Origin: Geosiphon pyriformis uo1
Taxonomy: Eukaryota > Fungi > Glomeromycota
Assembly (NCBI GenBank): GCA_016748015.1
Contig: JAAOMT010000295.1
Span: 682,001-746,000 of the forward strand
DNA: 64,000 nucleotides
Reading direction: 5' to 3'
Of this stretch, positions 13,601-27,494 are shown in pieces. A program made the position numbers and the translations under genes. The notes beneath the pieces are model-generated. The model did no database searches. It saw only the letters and a list, made by a program, of their open reading frames with translations, and was not told the origin of the DNA. The number at the start of each line of letters is the position of its first letter. Position 1 is the stretch's first letter.

Positions 13601-15313
13601 ATACAGTTTAGGGATCATTGACACCTAAGCCTCTCTCCAAGGCTTGAAAACAAACTCACTATACAAACAAAAATTCAGAAGTACCAAAAACATATTCAAA
13701 ACTGACTTGTCACAATGCTTCTATAATTTATTTGAGATGCTGGAAAGACCAGCCACTTTCTTATTAGGCAGATTCGAAATTACATCAAGCATCTTATCAA
13801 AACCAATCAAATACATTACATCAGAGAAAGTATTATCAAAAACATACCCCAAAGATTGATATTGATAATACCAATTATCAGAAAGATCAGTTACCACCAC
13901 ATGCTTTCTAGTCCACTCTTCTATGATTACATCTATCTTGGCCTTAACCAGAACAGGATCCAAAACCAATTTATTATTGACAACTAAGTAATTCAGAGTA
14001 ATTTTGTGAAAAAGATGCTCCAACACACTCCTGATAGTATAACCCTTATTTAACTCAAAGCTTTCTATCCTCTTATCAATTGCCAATTTGATTTGAGAAT
14101 CTCTAGTATACTCTGATTTTGCCAACTTAAAAGAATAATAAAACTTCCTAATCTTAGCTAAAACTGAACAAATAATGTCAAAATAAGAACCCAAAAAAAA
14201 GAAACTTCACCACAGAGACATTGCATCCAAATTGTGCCACTTATCAAGCAAAGATGCAAATTTTTCACTAGAAACCAAACAAAAAGCCTTAACAATTTTA
14301 GACACCAAAAGCTCTAGCTTGTGAAATCTGGATGACCTCTTTGTAAAAACACTGTCATAGTTTTTGGATTATTTTCTCTTAAAAACCATATTAACTAATA
14401 GACATAACACTCTGCAAAGAATATTCCACATTGCATCCAAGTCTGAATGCTTTCTAGATGCAAAAAATTCATCATAAAACATAGCAGCATTCACTATCAT
14501 ATTCTCTTTAAACTTAGCCCATCTGATATCTTCCACATCCCTATAATCAAATTTCCAGTGATCTCTATTTGCTTACTTGTGAAGAGAGTTCAGCTGCATA
14601 TCAAGCAATCTGTCCAAACTCATCAACATAAAAACAGTCTGATGATTAGTGTCAAAAAATTCCCCAATATCAAATATATTACGATCTACCACAGCATTAA
14701 CCAAGTTCAAAGAAATGAACAAGAAATCAATTGTCTTAGCCACATCTCGAAAGTTAGCCCATGTAGGTGTTTTTACATAAGAACTTCCACCCAAAGAATT
14801 GACCAAACCAAGATTTAGACACTTTTTGAAACTGGTGCACTTATGGGAGCCATCTTTATTAAAGTTACCACTCAAAACAATGAAAAAAGACTTATTCACG
14901 GCTTTAGCAATCATAAAATTGATTTCACCAGCTTGAGAGAACCGAACTGCCAAAAAAGCATCAGTATAGATTCCCAAAATTGAAACAGAAATTTTATTTT
15001 TAAAAAACAACTTGATAGAGATGAGCCAACCAAACACCTCAAAGATTTTACATATGTGTTTTGCCAAAGAATTGTCTATAACCATAGCAACACTTACACC
15101 CAAGTAACCAGAATCTAATCTAGAAGTAAACACACAGACACCACCAAATTTGTTAACAATTCATGGGCATGTGTTCTTTTTTAGCTTTGTTTTTGTAAAA
15201 ATTGAAATCAGATTGTTTATGTTCTTATGCCAATGCACAATATCTTCTTGCTTAGCAAGATTGTTCATACCTTTAATATTACACGTGGCAATCTTCCAAA
15301 CTAGACTGGTCAT
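10632..15313 (-). pseudogene. LINE B ORF2: AP endonuclease, reverse transcriptase, RNase H, C-terminal Cys/His motif
   Basis: MTSLVWKIATCN, ETK-like, GNFN, TW..IDF, DTNH (APE); LQDIEKAYD, FSPLLW, GAFVND (RT); VYMDGS, SDSQ (RNase H); CLFC..EVSD. Many premature stops. Confidence 0.9.
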
Positions 15314-17100
15314 TGCAAAGGAAGTTTGGGAAATACACTACCAGCCAAGATTGAATCATCAAATCTTGCTGTCAGACTTAGAACCAATGCAAAAAATTCT
15401 TCTAACATGTTTTCCAGTCTTTTTATCTCAAGAAAGACAGAAGAGTCTAAAATCACAGCAGTTTTACCACCTGTGGTTCCATTTAAACTCTTTCCTATTA
15501 CTATATCATCCACCTGATCCTGTAATGAGGAGATTACCAGCAGCTGACATCCAAGGCTAGGCTGAAAAACTGTCAGCATAAGCAAGTTCAACTTCTTAGC
15601 CAACTCACTAATTTGTCTCATAAGGCTGGTAAGACTACTCTCCAAAACAGCAAACCTTTTTTCAATATTTATTGTAATAAAAAGTGTAGACTTTATCTCT
15701 GGAGAGAAGTCAGAGTTGACTGAACCATTTTGCACAGGAAGAGGAGAAAACAAAGATCTACCAACAAGAAACTCTACCAAAAGCAACAAGACGAGCAATA
15801 GAAGCCAAACACTTAGCATAAATAGTAGCCAGTCTGCTTTTATCTATGTCTAAAAGTGCTTTATGAAAAGGTTTTCCAGATAAAAGATTCTCACCCACAA
15901 AACAGTCCAATGACATATGACCTATTTTCTTATACTTAACACATTTAAAAAAACCCATACAAGACCAATGCAGATTTATGCTTCTCAAAACTGAAGTAGT
16001 TTTCATGATGGCATTCAAGAATTCAGCTGATTTAAAACAAACAACAGCACATCTGGTCTGAGCATATATAATAGAATAATGATCAATCACACATGTTTTT
16101 TACCTACAAAACCAATAAAATTCCAGATGTTATAAGCATTTGTTTCCATTGGCTGAATATAAAGCAGCATTCTATAATGATTTCTCACATCCCATGATTC
16201 TTTATTCTAATTAGCTCTGATCACACACACAGCATTTTTTTCAATTAAAATAGACCAACAAGTTGTGACCAAATCAGTCTGTTTAGTCTTATCAAATTCA
16301 ACAACAGCTTTTTACCACAAACTCATCAACTGCATCTTAATCAACATCACCATATTATATTCAGATAGTGCAGTGTGCACAGCCTCAGCCAAAGTTCTAA
16401 TAGAAATTTTCTTTACTATCACAGTCTAATCTGAATACCCAGTAGATTTTTTGAGATTGGTATTCACCATAATCTTTGCACCAGTAGCTTTTTTAGTGGC
16501 TTTTATTAAACCAGATTCAGAAGTAAATATTATCCTAATAATATCTGAAAATTTTAAGAAAGTAGATGTCCCCCCAAAACTATTGATTCCTGAAAATAAT
16601 TTTTTGACTACTGCAAGTTTCTTTTAAAAAGATTTTTCAATCACTTTATCCAAGCCAATATTTAAAGCAAAGAATTTTTTAACAGAAACATTGACCAAAT
16701 TCTTTAAGAGAGGGAGAAGTTCCAAAAAAGCATCCGAAAAAACATTGTCATCATTATTATCATGACTTGAAAAATCAATTTTCCCCAATAACTTGTCCAA
16801 TGCTTTCTTGGTTTTAACATTCAGTTCTTTAGGCATCTAATTAGAACCCCCATCAGCAAAAGCACTATTTTCACCATAGTCAAAGCTGGTTTTTTTTACC
16901 AGACATTCTTTTTCTATATTAATGCTATCAGACTTGGTGGTGTTATCAGTTTCAGAACTCCATAAATAACCACTTGGCACCTGAATAGATCATCTTTTGT
17001 TACCAACACATTCTTTCAAAGCAACATTTTTCCTTTTTTTTCTCGATAAAATAGGTTTGAACCTTTCATCAGAGCCAGAATTTTTAACAATCTTTTTCAT
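15310..17100 (-). pseudogene. LINE B ORF1: two RRM-like segments, one CCHC knuckle, coiled-coil region
   Basis: Colinear with copy C ORF1 (VVVKEI..SEFG..KM; CAKCGKLGHTSLSC in copy C, CVKYKKIGHMSLDC here). The RRM assignment is inference from motif spacing. Confidence 0.75.
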
Positions 17101-17294
17101 GACAGCAATACTAAGGCCAACAGTGGCTTTGAAATCAAAAAACAGTTTGATTTTATTGTACTAAATAGTGAAAAAACTTTTTTTAAAAACTTTAAACTCT
17201 TTTCTGGGAATTTGGAATGAATGAAAGAAAGAAGTTTTTTCTTAATGTATTATTATTATTTTGTAAATAGCTAAAAAAACCAAAAATTCTTATT

Positions 17295-17385
17295 TTATAT
17301 TATTGTGTATTATTTTGTATTATTTTGAATTATTACACATTATTTTGTGTTATTTTGCATTATTACATTTTTTCTATATTATCAT
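17295..17385. repeat. 10-bp tandem repeat (approx. TATTTTGCAT)
   Basis: tattgtgtat tattttgtat tattttgaat tattacacat tattttgtgt tattttgcat visible directly. Confidence 0.7.
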
Positions 17386-17449
17386 ATTTTAATTATATTT
17401 TTTTAATAGCTTTTGAATTAGTTTTTGGATTAGTTTTTTTACTTAAATA

Positions 17450-18820
17450 ACAATAACCACTAATTTAAAAGACCAAATTACTAATTTTAAAAGCAGTACA
17501 ACCAAAAGAAGATTAAACAAATTAGCTTTAAAAGCATTTTTTAAGGTAATAATTTTTTTTTGATTAACTACAAAAAAAATTCTGATATTGTTCTTTTTAA
17601 TTAATATAAACCAGTAAGCAAAAACAGTAATAACAAAAAAATATTTTTAAAGTAAATTACAGTATATTATTATAAGTCAATAGGCTTCAACTTAACAGAA
17701 GTAACAACATTAAAAATATCAAAAGCAATTTTAATGTCATTAGAAAAGATACTTAAAAGAATATTATAAAGTATAATTAACAAAGAAAAAAAAAGAGCAA
17801 AAACCATTACAAAAAATTGTGTAATTTTAAAAATGATCAAAAAAATTTCATTACTAATAACCACTTTGGTGACACTATTTAGACTTTTTTAAAATACAAA
17901 CTTTATACAAAACAACTTAATAATATCTTTTAAAACAGACTTAAATCCAATACAAATAACAACTAAAACAGAAAACTAAACAGAGTTATTTTGATTTTAA
18001 ATATAATACCAAACACTAAAATAAAGATTATCCATCCAAAGAACTTTTAATAACCATTTATATTTATTCAAATACTACTATTAACAGCACCAAAAACTAA
18101 AAAAAAACAGTTAATTTTATTTATATTTAATTAGCCTAATTTTTAAGATTATCTAAAATAATAAACTGTTTTGCTTTTAGAACTGATAATAATTTGTTAA
18201 AGAGTACCATATCAGACAACACAGCCAGTAGTTAATCTTGATCTATCTTGGAAAATATGCTATTACTGTTATTATTTCATATTTGAAAAAAAACTGGTTG
18301 CTATTATAAAAAATTTTTCTAAGATTTTATAAAGAAGTTTGATATAACTATAATAGTTATAAGTACTTGCTACTGTTTTTTGATTTTTTTGGTTTTTTCA
18401 GTCATTTGTGAAACAATAATAATAGTAGTAATAATAATAATAGTATAAATAATAATAAAAAAATTAGCTTATTAACTAGTCTATTATTAAAAATCTTTGG
18501 ACTCTTAAAAGTAGTAAAAATAATACTGGAATTAATCTAAGTATGTCTTTGAAAGAAACTTTAACAGAAAAAAAACTACCAATCAAAGATAAAAAATATG
18601 AACCAAAAACTATTAAAAACAGTTTTTTACTAATATTTTTTAAAAAAAATATAGCCAAAACGTTTTGTTTAGCTGTTTCAATAACAAAAAAACTCTCTCT
18701 TATTAAAACTTTATTAATTACTATAAAAAAAATAACATTTGCAATTTTTTTACTCTTAGCTTTTGTTATAATTATAAAAAATAGGAAAAAAAGAGTTTTT
18801 TTCTCACAATTTTTAAACAA
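17450..18820 (-). mobile_element. Decayed interspersed repeat, probably an ORF1 relic of a second LINE subfamily
   Basis: Colinear similarity with 26150-27490 (e.g. ctattaacagcaccaaaaactaaaaaa vs ctaataacagcactaaaaattaaaaaag). The LINE identity is inferred from composition only. Confidence 0.5.
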
Positions 18821-20633
18821 TAGTCTCTAATTTCGAATATCTGAGCCATTAAATTTACATCTGAATTGCTGCTTATTAACTAGCTAAAACTTTTTTTAAA
18901 ACAGAAAAAAAAAGCTATCAAATTACTTTTGTTTTTAATTTTTTTTTAAGTAAATTAAATTATTTTACACAAATAATTACTCCTAAACCAATGGCTATTA
19001 ACCCCATACAAACAAATATTTTGGCTGTTTTTAAAGCATACAAACTGCTTTTGAGTGAAGAAACAATACTTTATTATTATTATTCAGAAATAATACCCAA
19101 GATTTAATTAAATGGTTAAATAATTTTGAAAGAATAGCTACAGCTAACCAATATAATATTAAATACAAGTTTCAAATTATTGATGGCTATATCCAAGGCT
19201 TTGTTCTTATAAAAAACTAATATTAGTGCTTACCAAAAAATTATCACATAAATATCAAAAAATGCTAAAAAAAAATATATTTCTTTAACTATTTGGTTTG
19301 AAAACAAATTCAAAATTTCTATTTTGATTTCTAAATAACATATAAAATTAGAAAAAAAAACTTAAAGTCTTAGTGAAATTGTAATTAAATATGCCAAAAC
19401 AATAAAAAAGCTTATTAAACAGATAAACTTTAAAAAAAATTAGACAAAAGAACAAAAAATTTATTCTTTTACAAAAGAATTAAAAACTAATTTATTTTAT
19501 TTTTTGGTCTTTCTTGGCTCTATAAAACAATTTCACAATAAACATAATTATTAAACTTGCTTAAAAAATTAAAAACAACTAAAAAATACATTTGGAATTC
19601 ACACTTTCAGTTTTTGTTTTTGCTCTTTTTATGGTCTTTGTATTTTAAATGACTGCTATTTTTTTTGTTGCTTAAACTTAAAACTTAAATAATTAATTAA
19701 TAAATAAACTTATAACTAATTTTGCCTAATTATTAGAACTATTAGTTTAAGCAGTTAGAAAAACTTAGCAATTCCAAAAACTCAGATTTAAATCCTATTT
19801 TAATTAATTCTAGTAGCCTTTTTATTAAAGATAGCAAAATTATAACTTGTTGTAGATTAACTAAACACTTTTTAAGAGATTGTAACAATTTTTTATTGTC
19901 CTCTCCAGTTCTTAAAAACAATAATAACCAGAATAACAAATTTACTAACAACAATACTTCTAATTAAAAACCTAATTATGTCAACATCAATTTTTTTGGA
20001 GAAAATTTTTTAGTTAAAGCCACTATTTATTAACTTTTAAATTAATAAGTGTACTTCTAAAAAGTAAAAGTATAAGCCAACCAGAAAAAAACTTTTTTTA
20101 TACTTTTAACTTAACTAATAATAATTATAATATAGATAAACTAACTATTAATCTCTTTAATTTAACAAAAAAAAGCCAAGATTGATTTTGTTTTAGATCT
20201 TAACAAAGTCTTAATTTTTATTGTTAATAATAATAAATTATTAAAAATTAAAGTTTTTAAGAATTTTTCAAGTTAAAACTTCCAAAAATTGTACAAAAAT
20301 CTGGGTAATATTCTGTTGTTAAAGATCTTATGGAAACTTTTATACATATTATTTTTGGCCAACTAATAACTCATTTATAGTTTAAAAAAAATTTTTGCAA
20401 ATTCTTAATTTCAAAAAAAAAACACCAAAAACCAATAAGCACTTTTATTAAATTGGACTTGTTAATAATATTATTATTACTTTTTTAATATACAAAATCC
20501 AAGTGATTAGTTATTTTATTGATTTGATCTTAAACAGTAAATTATCTGTTAGTATTATTATCAAATATTTCTTTAAAACAATTAAACAAAAAATTAATAA
20601 ATTTTCAACTTAGTTTATAAATATACATAATAA

Positions 20634-21301
20634 TATTATGAGTTAGAGTAACAAGCTAATGAATAACAAAAAAAAACAAGATTGTAGGATAATAGAATTA
20701 ATTAAAGGAGATTCAACTTCAAGAAATAAATTGAATAAATATGGATTCAATATACAAGATCAGTTTTATAAAATATTTTAATCACTATTTTTTTCAAAAG
20801 ATAACCAGAGAATCTGAAAGTAGAGGGATAATTTATACTGTCAACAAATGATAATACACTAGTATAATTCTATGCCTTATATTAGCACTCTTAGAATTTG
20901 ATATCAAATATTAAATATGTTCTTTAATTACATTTTATTTAATAATTTTCAAATACTACAATTACACAAGTCAAAAAAAAGAATAGATAAATGCCAATAA
21001 GTAATTTTTTATCCCAAGATATTCAGATACTTGAAAGTAAAAAAAAAGAATATTAGTAAGAAAAAAAAATTTAAAATGGAGTTGTTATTTTATTTTTTTG
21101 CTTTTGTTGATTTGTATATGCTTTTTTATAACTAAGAAATTTATTACTTATATAACTATTGAAATTGGTCAATGACTAGATCAACAACTAAATCAATAAT
21201 CAGGTCAATGATTACTATCTAAAAATAAAGTGACTAATTATATAATATTAATAACTAATACATGTGATAATTAATAAAATATATAAATTTCAACTATAAC
21301 A
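20634..21301 (-). mobile_element. Solo LTR (family A) inserted antisense into the protease of G2
   Basis: Reverse complement of 25353-26123 with a shorter array. Flanks ATAA (20630-33) and GTAA (21302-05). Excision restores the protease frame (IHNNKKKSL). Confidence 0.85.
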
Positions 21302-24300
21302 GTAATAAAAAGAAAAGTCTTAGCATAGCCAAAACTGTTTCTGTCTGCATTAATGGCATTAATATTAAAACTGACATGGAAGTTTCTAAAACAAAAAAGT
21401 ACACTATTATTGTTAGCAATAAGTGGTTTAAAAAAGCAAAAACATTACTTAATTATAAATAATATAAATTAATCATTAAATATAATAAAAATTTATTATA
21501 GTTAAGTATTATTATTGGACAACTCTCTTAGTATCCAAGCAAACCCAAAAAGAAAAACAATCAAATAAATCAGATAATAGAAAAAAATTGCTAAACTTGT
21601 CTATACTATCTTTACCAATAATAACAAATCACTAAATAATATTAAAACTAACAAAGAAAAATTATTATAAATAGCAAGATAATTTACTGGCCTTATTATA
21701 ATATCCTTAAAAAAATTTTTGATAAAAAATCTGGCAAAAAAACCAAATATAGTTATTAGTAATATAATCTTTATACTTGGTATTAGTAAGATAAACTATT
21801 GTATTTTTTTAGCAATAAATATATATCTTGCTTAATTTATTGCAAAAATTAAAAACCAATCAGCTTAATACTAAGAAAAAAAATAAAAAAAGTACAAAAG
21901 TTTTTTAAGAATAAACTACTTAAGATATAGTTATTAATAATAAAACAAAAAAAACTCTTTTTAGAAGAAAAAAAAGTAAACATTGAAAAATTGCTGGCCA
22001 AAAATAATCCAGTAATATTAAAAAAAGTGATATTTTTAAACAAATTTATGTAATACAACATACTATTACCATAAAAAAACTTGTTTATCTATTTAAAGTC
22101 TTATTAATTCAATTATTACAATAATAAGTTTATTAAGAAAAAAATAAACTGGATGAAAAATTTAGAATTTATACAAAAAACTAAGAACAAATGGGTTTTT
22201 TTAATTGTAATAATATTCAAAAAAGATAGAACTCTATGCTTTTGTGTTGATTGCTACCAATTAAATATTATTATTAAAAAAGATATATATTTACTTTCTA
22301 AAATTAATACAATGATGAATTAATTTAATATTACTACTTTTTTCTTAACTATTGATTTAACTGCTAAATTTTGGCAAATAAAAATAGATTTAAAAAGCAG
22401 AAAAAAAACTGCTTTTATTACCAAGTATAACACCTACAAATTTACAATCATGTTTTTTGGTTTTACTAATGTTTTTCTTATTTTTTAATACTTGATAAAC
22501 AAAATATTCAAATCAGTAAAAAAAAACTTTGTTTTAGTTTATTTGAATAATATAATAATATACTCAAAAATCTGGAATAAACATCTTAAATACTTGTAAA
22601 AAGTTTTTAATCTTTTCAAAAATGCTGTTTTTAAGATTAATTCAATCAAATTTTTTTTTGAACTTTAATTTACTCAGTTTTTTGGTTATTTTATTGCAAA
22701 AAATAAAATTTTTTTTGATCCAACCAAGATTAAAAAAGTTCAAAACATTAAACAACCAATAAATATTCATAAACTATATTTTTTTCTTGGTTTGGTCTCT
22801 CATTATTAAAAGTTTGTTCAAAATTATTTTTTCTTTTAATTAGCTATTTAAAAAAATTGTCAATTATTACTAAAGTATAAATCAGCAAAAAATTAATTAT
22901 AAAACTTATTTCTATACAACTTAATTTAAATCAATTTTTTATTTTTTATATTAATATATCTGGTTTTAAATTTATTACTGTTTTCTTTTAAAAAAATAAA
23001 AATAGTAAAGAACATATTATAGTTTATATTAACAGATCACTTTTTTCAAAAAAACAATATTATTTAATTACTAAACAAAAATATTTAACAGTAATATGGA
23101 CTACTAATTACTGAGATAAATATTTTTTTGGTATTAAATTTCTGATAATAACAGATTATTAAGCTTTGGTTTGGCTGTATAAGAAAAAAAAGCTGGAATA
23201 CAAACAAATAACTTATTGAATACTTAATTTAGATAAATTTAATTACAATATACAATATTATAAAAGAACAAATTATCAAAACACTAATGTTTTTTCATAC
23301 TTATTATCCAATAATAAAATAATCTTTGCAAATCAAACCAACTTTATTATTAGTAATTCTATCTTAACTAAATATAATAATAAACTTGAACAACTACTTT
23401 GTTTTAATAAAATTTTTGAATAAAAAACCCACCAAACTATACTTAACAACAAAAAAACATTTGCAAAAACATTTATAAAAACAATCAAATTTTTATTTAA
23501 TTTGTTAAAACTAATTATATAAAAGAAATAAAAAAGCTTTTGACTATTTTTAAAGAATAATTAGATTTAAAAAAAAGAAATTGTAATTTACAACATCTAT
23601 ACTAATATATTAGCTAAACACTTTGAAAAAACAAAAATAATTCAGAAAATTTTAGCTTATTATTATTGGCCTATTTTGGAAAAAAACATTGTTAATTACA
23701 TCAAAATCTGTAATATTTGCCAAAAAAAGGAAAACCCAATCACAAAAAAACATTTACTTAATTTTTGTTATTTAACTATTTAACAGAATTGATATAGATA
23801 TTATTGGATTTTTAATAATAACTTCTAATAACAATAGATATATTATTACAGCTATTAACTATTTTATAAAGTAAGTAAAAACAAGAGTTATTTCAGATTA
23901 AATAATAATTTTAATAATCAATTTTATTTATGAAAACATTATTTGTTGTTATGACTGTTCAAAAAAACTTTTATTTGATAAAAAAAAGAGCTTTTTTTAG
24001 TATATTAATTGAAAAACTTTGTAGAAAAATGGGAATATGTTATAAACTTTTTTTTTATTACCTTTAAACAAATAGTTTAGTAGAATATTTCAATAAAACA
24101 TTATATAAAACCTTAGCCAAAACTAGTAAAGAAACAAATTTATAAGCTAAAGTACTGCTTTTAGCTTTGTTTACTTATAGAACTGTAAATTATAACATAA
24201 TAAGTTATAAATCTTTTTATTTGCTCTATAGATAAATAAAAATTTTATTAATAAAAACTGAAACAATATTCTTTAAAGAAATTACAATAGAAAATTACAA

Positions 24301-25352
24301 AAACATTTTGTAAAAAAAACTTGATACTATTCTTAACTTGTTAATAAAAACACAAATAATTATTTTTAAAAAAATAAAACAGTTTCAAAAAAAGCTTAAG
24401 AAAAAAAAACTTATAAAAAACTTTTTTTAAGTATTAATAACTTAGTTTTAGAATACCTCTTAAACAAAAACAATGTCTATAGTAATAAATTCTCTAATTA
24501 GTAAAAAAACCTTTTATAGTTAACAAAGTTTTGAACAATAGTTCTTATATTTTACAAGATTAATATAAAATAATCTTTAATAATTACTTTATTTATAATA
24601 TATAACTTAAAAAATATCACAAATAACCTAATTGGTTACTTGTTATGATAATACTAGCCTAAACAATTAATAAAAATTAGATATAAATAAATATATTATT
24701 CTCAAAACAAAAATATATTCAATTAACATAAACAATTATTTCTTGAATCAAAATATTTAAAATGTTTTTTCTATTCTCTATAAATATTAAATTAAAAATT
24801 ATCTAAATACTATTCTAATCATTGAAAAACAAACTATTATAATTAATAATAATAGAGTATATATTGTTATTAGACCAAAGAAAATCATTATCAAAAGAGA
24901 AAAAATTGGTAGTAAGATAGATAAATATATACTTAAAAACATAATAGCAACTATACTATTTCTTTTCAATATATTTAAAAAAACAATTTAAAAAATCTTG
25001 TATATAAACAAAAACTTGTCATATAAAAAACAACTAAAGCTTTATAATTGACTTGGTAAAATTATAGAAGACATAAAACTTTTGAAAAAAACAATTTCAA
25101 AAATATATGTAAAAATTTTGGATATTATATAGTTAGATATTCTAAGAGTTTTAATTATTGTTAAAAGAACCAAAACTCTTATACAAAGATTTAGTCTCTT
25201 GAACACAAAATTTATTTTACTTTAAGTACTATATATTTTATTTACAAAAGATTTCACTAAATTAATTAGTTTTAAGTTAGATAAAATCTTTTAAATAAAA
25301 TATTTCACAAATAACTTGATTTTATTAGAGTTTAATTTTTTGAAAAAAATAA

Positions 25353-26123
25353 TATTATGATTGAAAACCATAGTTTTTATTAGTTATTACATGTATTAAT
25401 TACTAATGTTATATAATTAGCCACTTTATTTTTAGATAATAATCATTAATTTAATTATTAACTTAATTATTAATCTAATTATTAATCTAATTATTAACAT
25501 AATTATTGATTTGATTATTGATCTGATTATTGATCTAATTATTGATTTAATTATTAATTTGATTGTTAATCTAGTTGCTGACTTAATTGTTAACTACTTT
25601 CAATAGTTATATAAGTAATAAGTTTTTTAGCTGTAAAAAAACATATTAGAAATTAAAAAAATAAAACAATATTTATTAACTTAATTTTTTTTTTATTGTT
25701 TGTTTTTTGTTTTTTTTTTACCTTCAAGTATCTAAATATTTTGGAATAAAAAATTACTTATTAATATTTATTTACTTTTTTCTAATTTGTATAATTGTAG
25801 TATTTAAAGATTATTAAATAAAAATATGACTAAAAAATACATTTAATACCTAATATTAAATTCTAAAAACATTAATATAAAGCATAAAATTATACTAGTA
25901 TATTATTATTTATTAACAATATGGACTATTTTTTTATCTTTAAATTCTCTAATTATCTTTTGAAAAGATTAACAACTAAAATATTTTATGAAACTGATCT
26001 TATATATTAAATCTATATTTATTTAATTTTCTCTTTGAAGCTGAAATTTTTTTAATTAATTTTATCATTCTACAATTTTGTTTTTTTTTGCTATTTATTA
26101 ATTTGTTATTTTAATCTATAATA
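25353..26123 (+). repeat. 3' LTR of G2 (family A) with 12-bp tandem array (~25440-25595)
   Basis: Decayed TGTTATGA...TCATAACA termini, preceded by purine tract GAAAAAAATAA (25342-25352; decayed PPT). Confidence 0.8.
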
Positions 26124-26149
26124 ATAGCATTAATATTTAGGAGTTTTTT

Positions 26150-27490
26150 ATCAAATATAATACTTCTTTAAAGTATTAATTTTAATAATAATAGTATCTA
26201 AATTATTTTGTAAACCAAATATAATCAAAGCAAACCAAGAATAATAATTAAAATCAAATAAATAAGAAATAAAACAAGTCTGATTATTAATCTGAAAAAT
26301 CATATTATTAATTTTAAAGACAATATAACCAAAAAAAAATTGACTAATTTGGCTTTAAATATATTATAAAACAAAATAATTTTATTTTGATTCATTAAAA
26401 AAAAGATTTTAATACTATTTTTGTTCAATAAAACTAACCAATAATTTAAAGCAGATATAATAATATCTAAATTTTTAAAATAAATAACCACATATTGTCA
26501 AATACCAATAGGTTTTAACACAATATAAAAAACTTCCTCAAATACATTAAGTGCTATTTTAATATTAACAATAAACATACTTAAAAACACATTATATAGC
26601 ACAACAGCAGCAAAAAAAGAATTAAACTCAAAAATCACTAAAAATTTAACAATTTTAAAAATAGCCAAATAAACAAAGTTTATAAGCTTAATTAAAAAAA
26701 CAGTATTTAAAAAAGTTTAAAAAGCAAACTTTATACAAAAGAGTTTTATATTGTTTTTTACAACTGATTTTACATCCAAAAAACCATATACAAATTAAAA
26801 AACAGTTTTAATATATATTAATTTAATTTTGAAATAGCACTTAATATTAAAGTAGAAGTTATCTACTTAATAAACTTTTAATGATTAGCAATAGTTTTTT
26901 AAATACCACTAATAACAGCACTAAAAATTAAAAAAGATGATAATAATTCAGTTTTTATTTGGTCAGTTCAGTTCTCAAAAATAAATAATTTAACAGAAAA
27001 CTGTTGTTTTATTTTTAAAACCAGCAAAATTCTGTTAAAAAACATCATATTTAACAATACAATTAAAGATTAATTTTATTTTATCTTAAATAATATATTA
27101 AATAATACAAAAAAAAATTTATTTAAGATTTTAATAAAAACTACAAATGAGTTTAATATAATAATAATAAGAGCTAACAATTACTGCTGTTTTAAACTTT
27201 TGGTCTTTTTAATTATCTTTAAAAAAAATGCTAATAATATTAAAAGTAGTAATAAAAGCAAAAAAAACTAGCCAAAGAAAAAGATAATGTTATAACAGTT
27301 ATTAAAAGCAGTCTTTTACTATTACTAACTACAGAAAAAGCTTTTAAAACATTCTGTTTAATTGTTTTTACAACAGGAAAAACTTTCTTAATTGAAATTT
27401 TACTAAATATTTTAAAAAGATATTAAATACAGCTTTTTTATTTTTAGTTTTAGTTATAGTCATAAAAATAAGAAAGAAAAAGTTTTTTAA
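26150..27490 (-). mobile_element. Second copy of the decayed repeat at 17450-18820
   Basis: Colinear similarity by eye. Confidence 0.5.
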
Positions 27491-27494
27491 TTAT

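Larger units (their letters stand above)
10497..17234 (-). mobile_element. LINE copy B, full length (~6.7 kb), inactivated
   Basis: 5' end shared with copy C, ORF1 and ORF2 relics, ~110-nt conserved 3' UTR and (TAA)n tail at ~10497-10515. Confidence 0.93.
18990..26123 (+). mobile_element. Decayed Ty3/Gypsy element G2 (gag, protease, RT, RNase H, integrase, 3' LTR); 5' LTR not found
   Basis: Decayed motifs in Gypsy order: capsid ~19080, knuckle ~19840, IDLILNS and IVSNKW protease (20520-21430), IDL..FWQ and VYLNN RT (~22350-22550), YINIS RNase H (~22950), HHCC and DIDIIG integrase (23600-24620). Confidence 0.85.
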
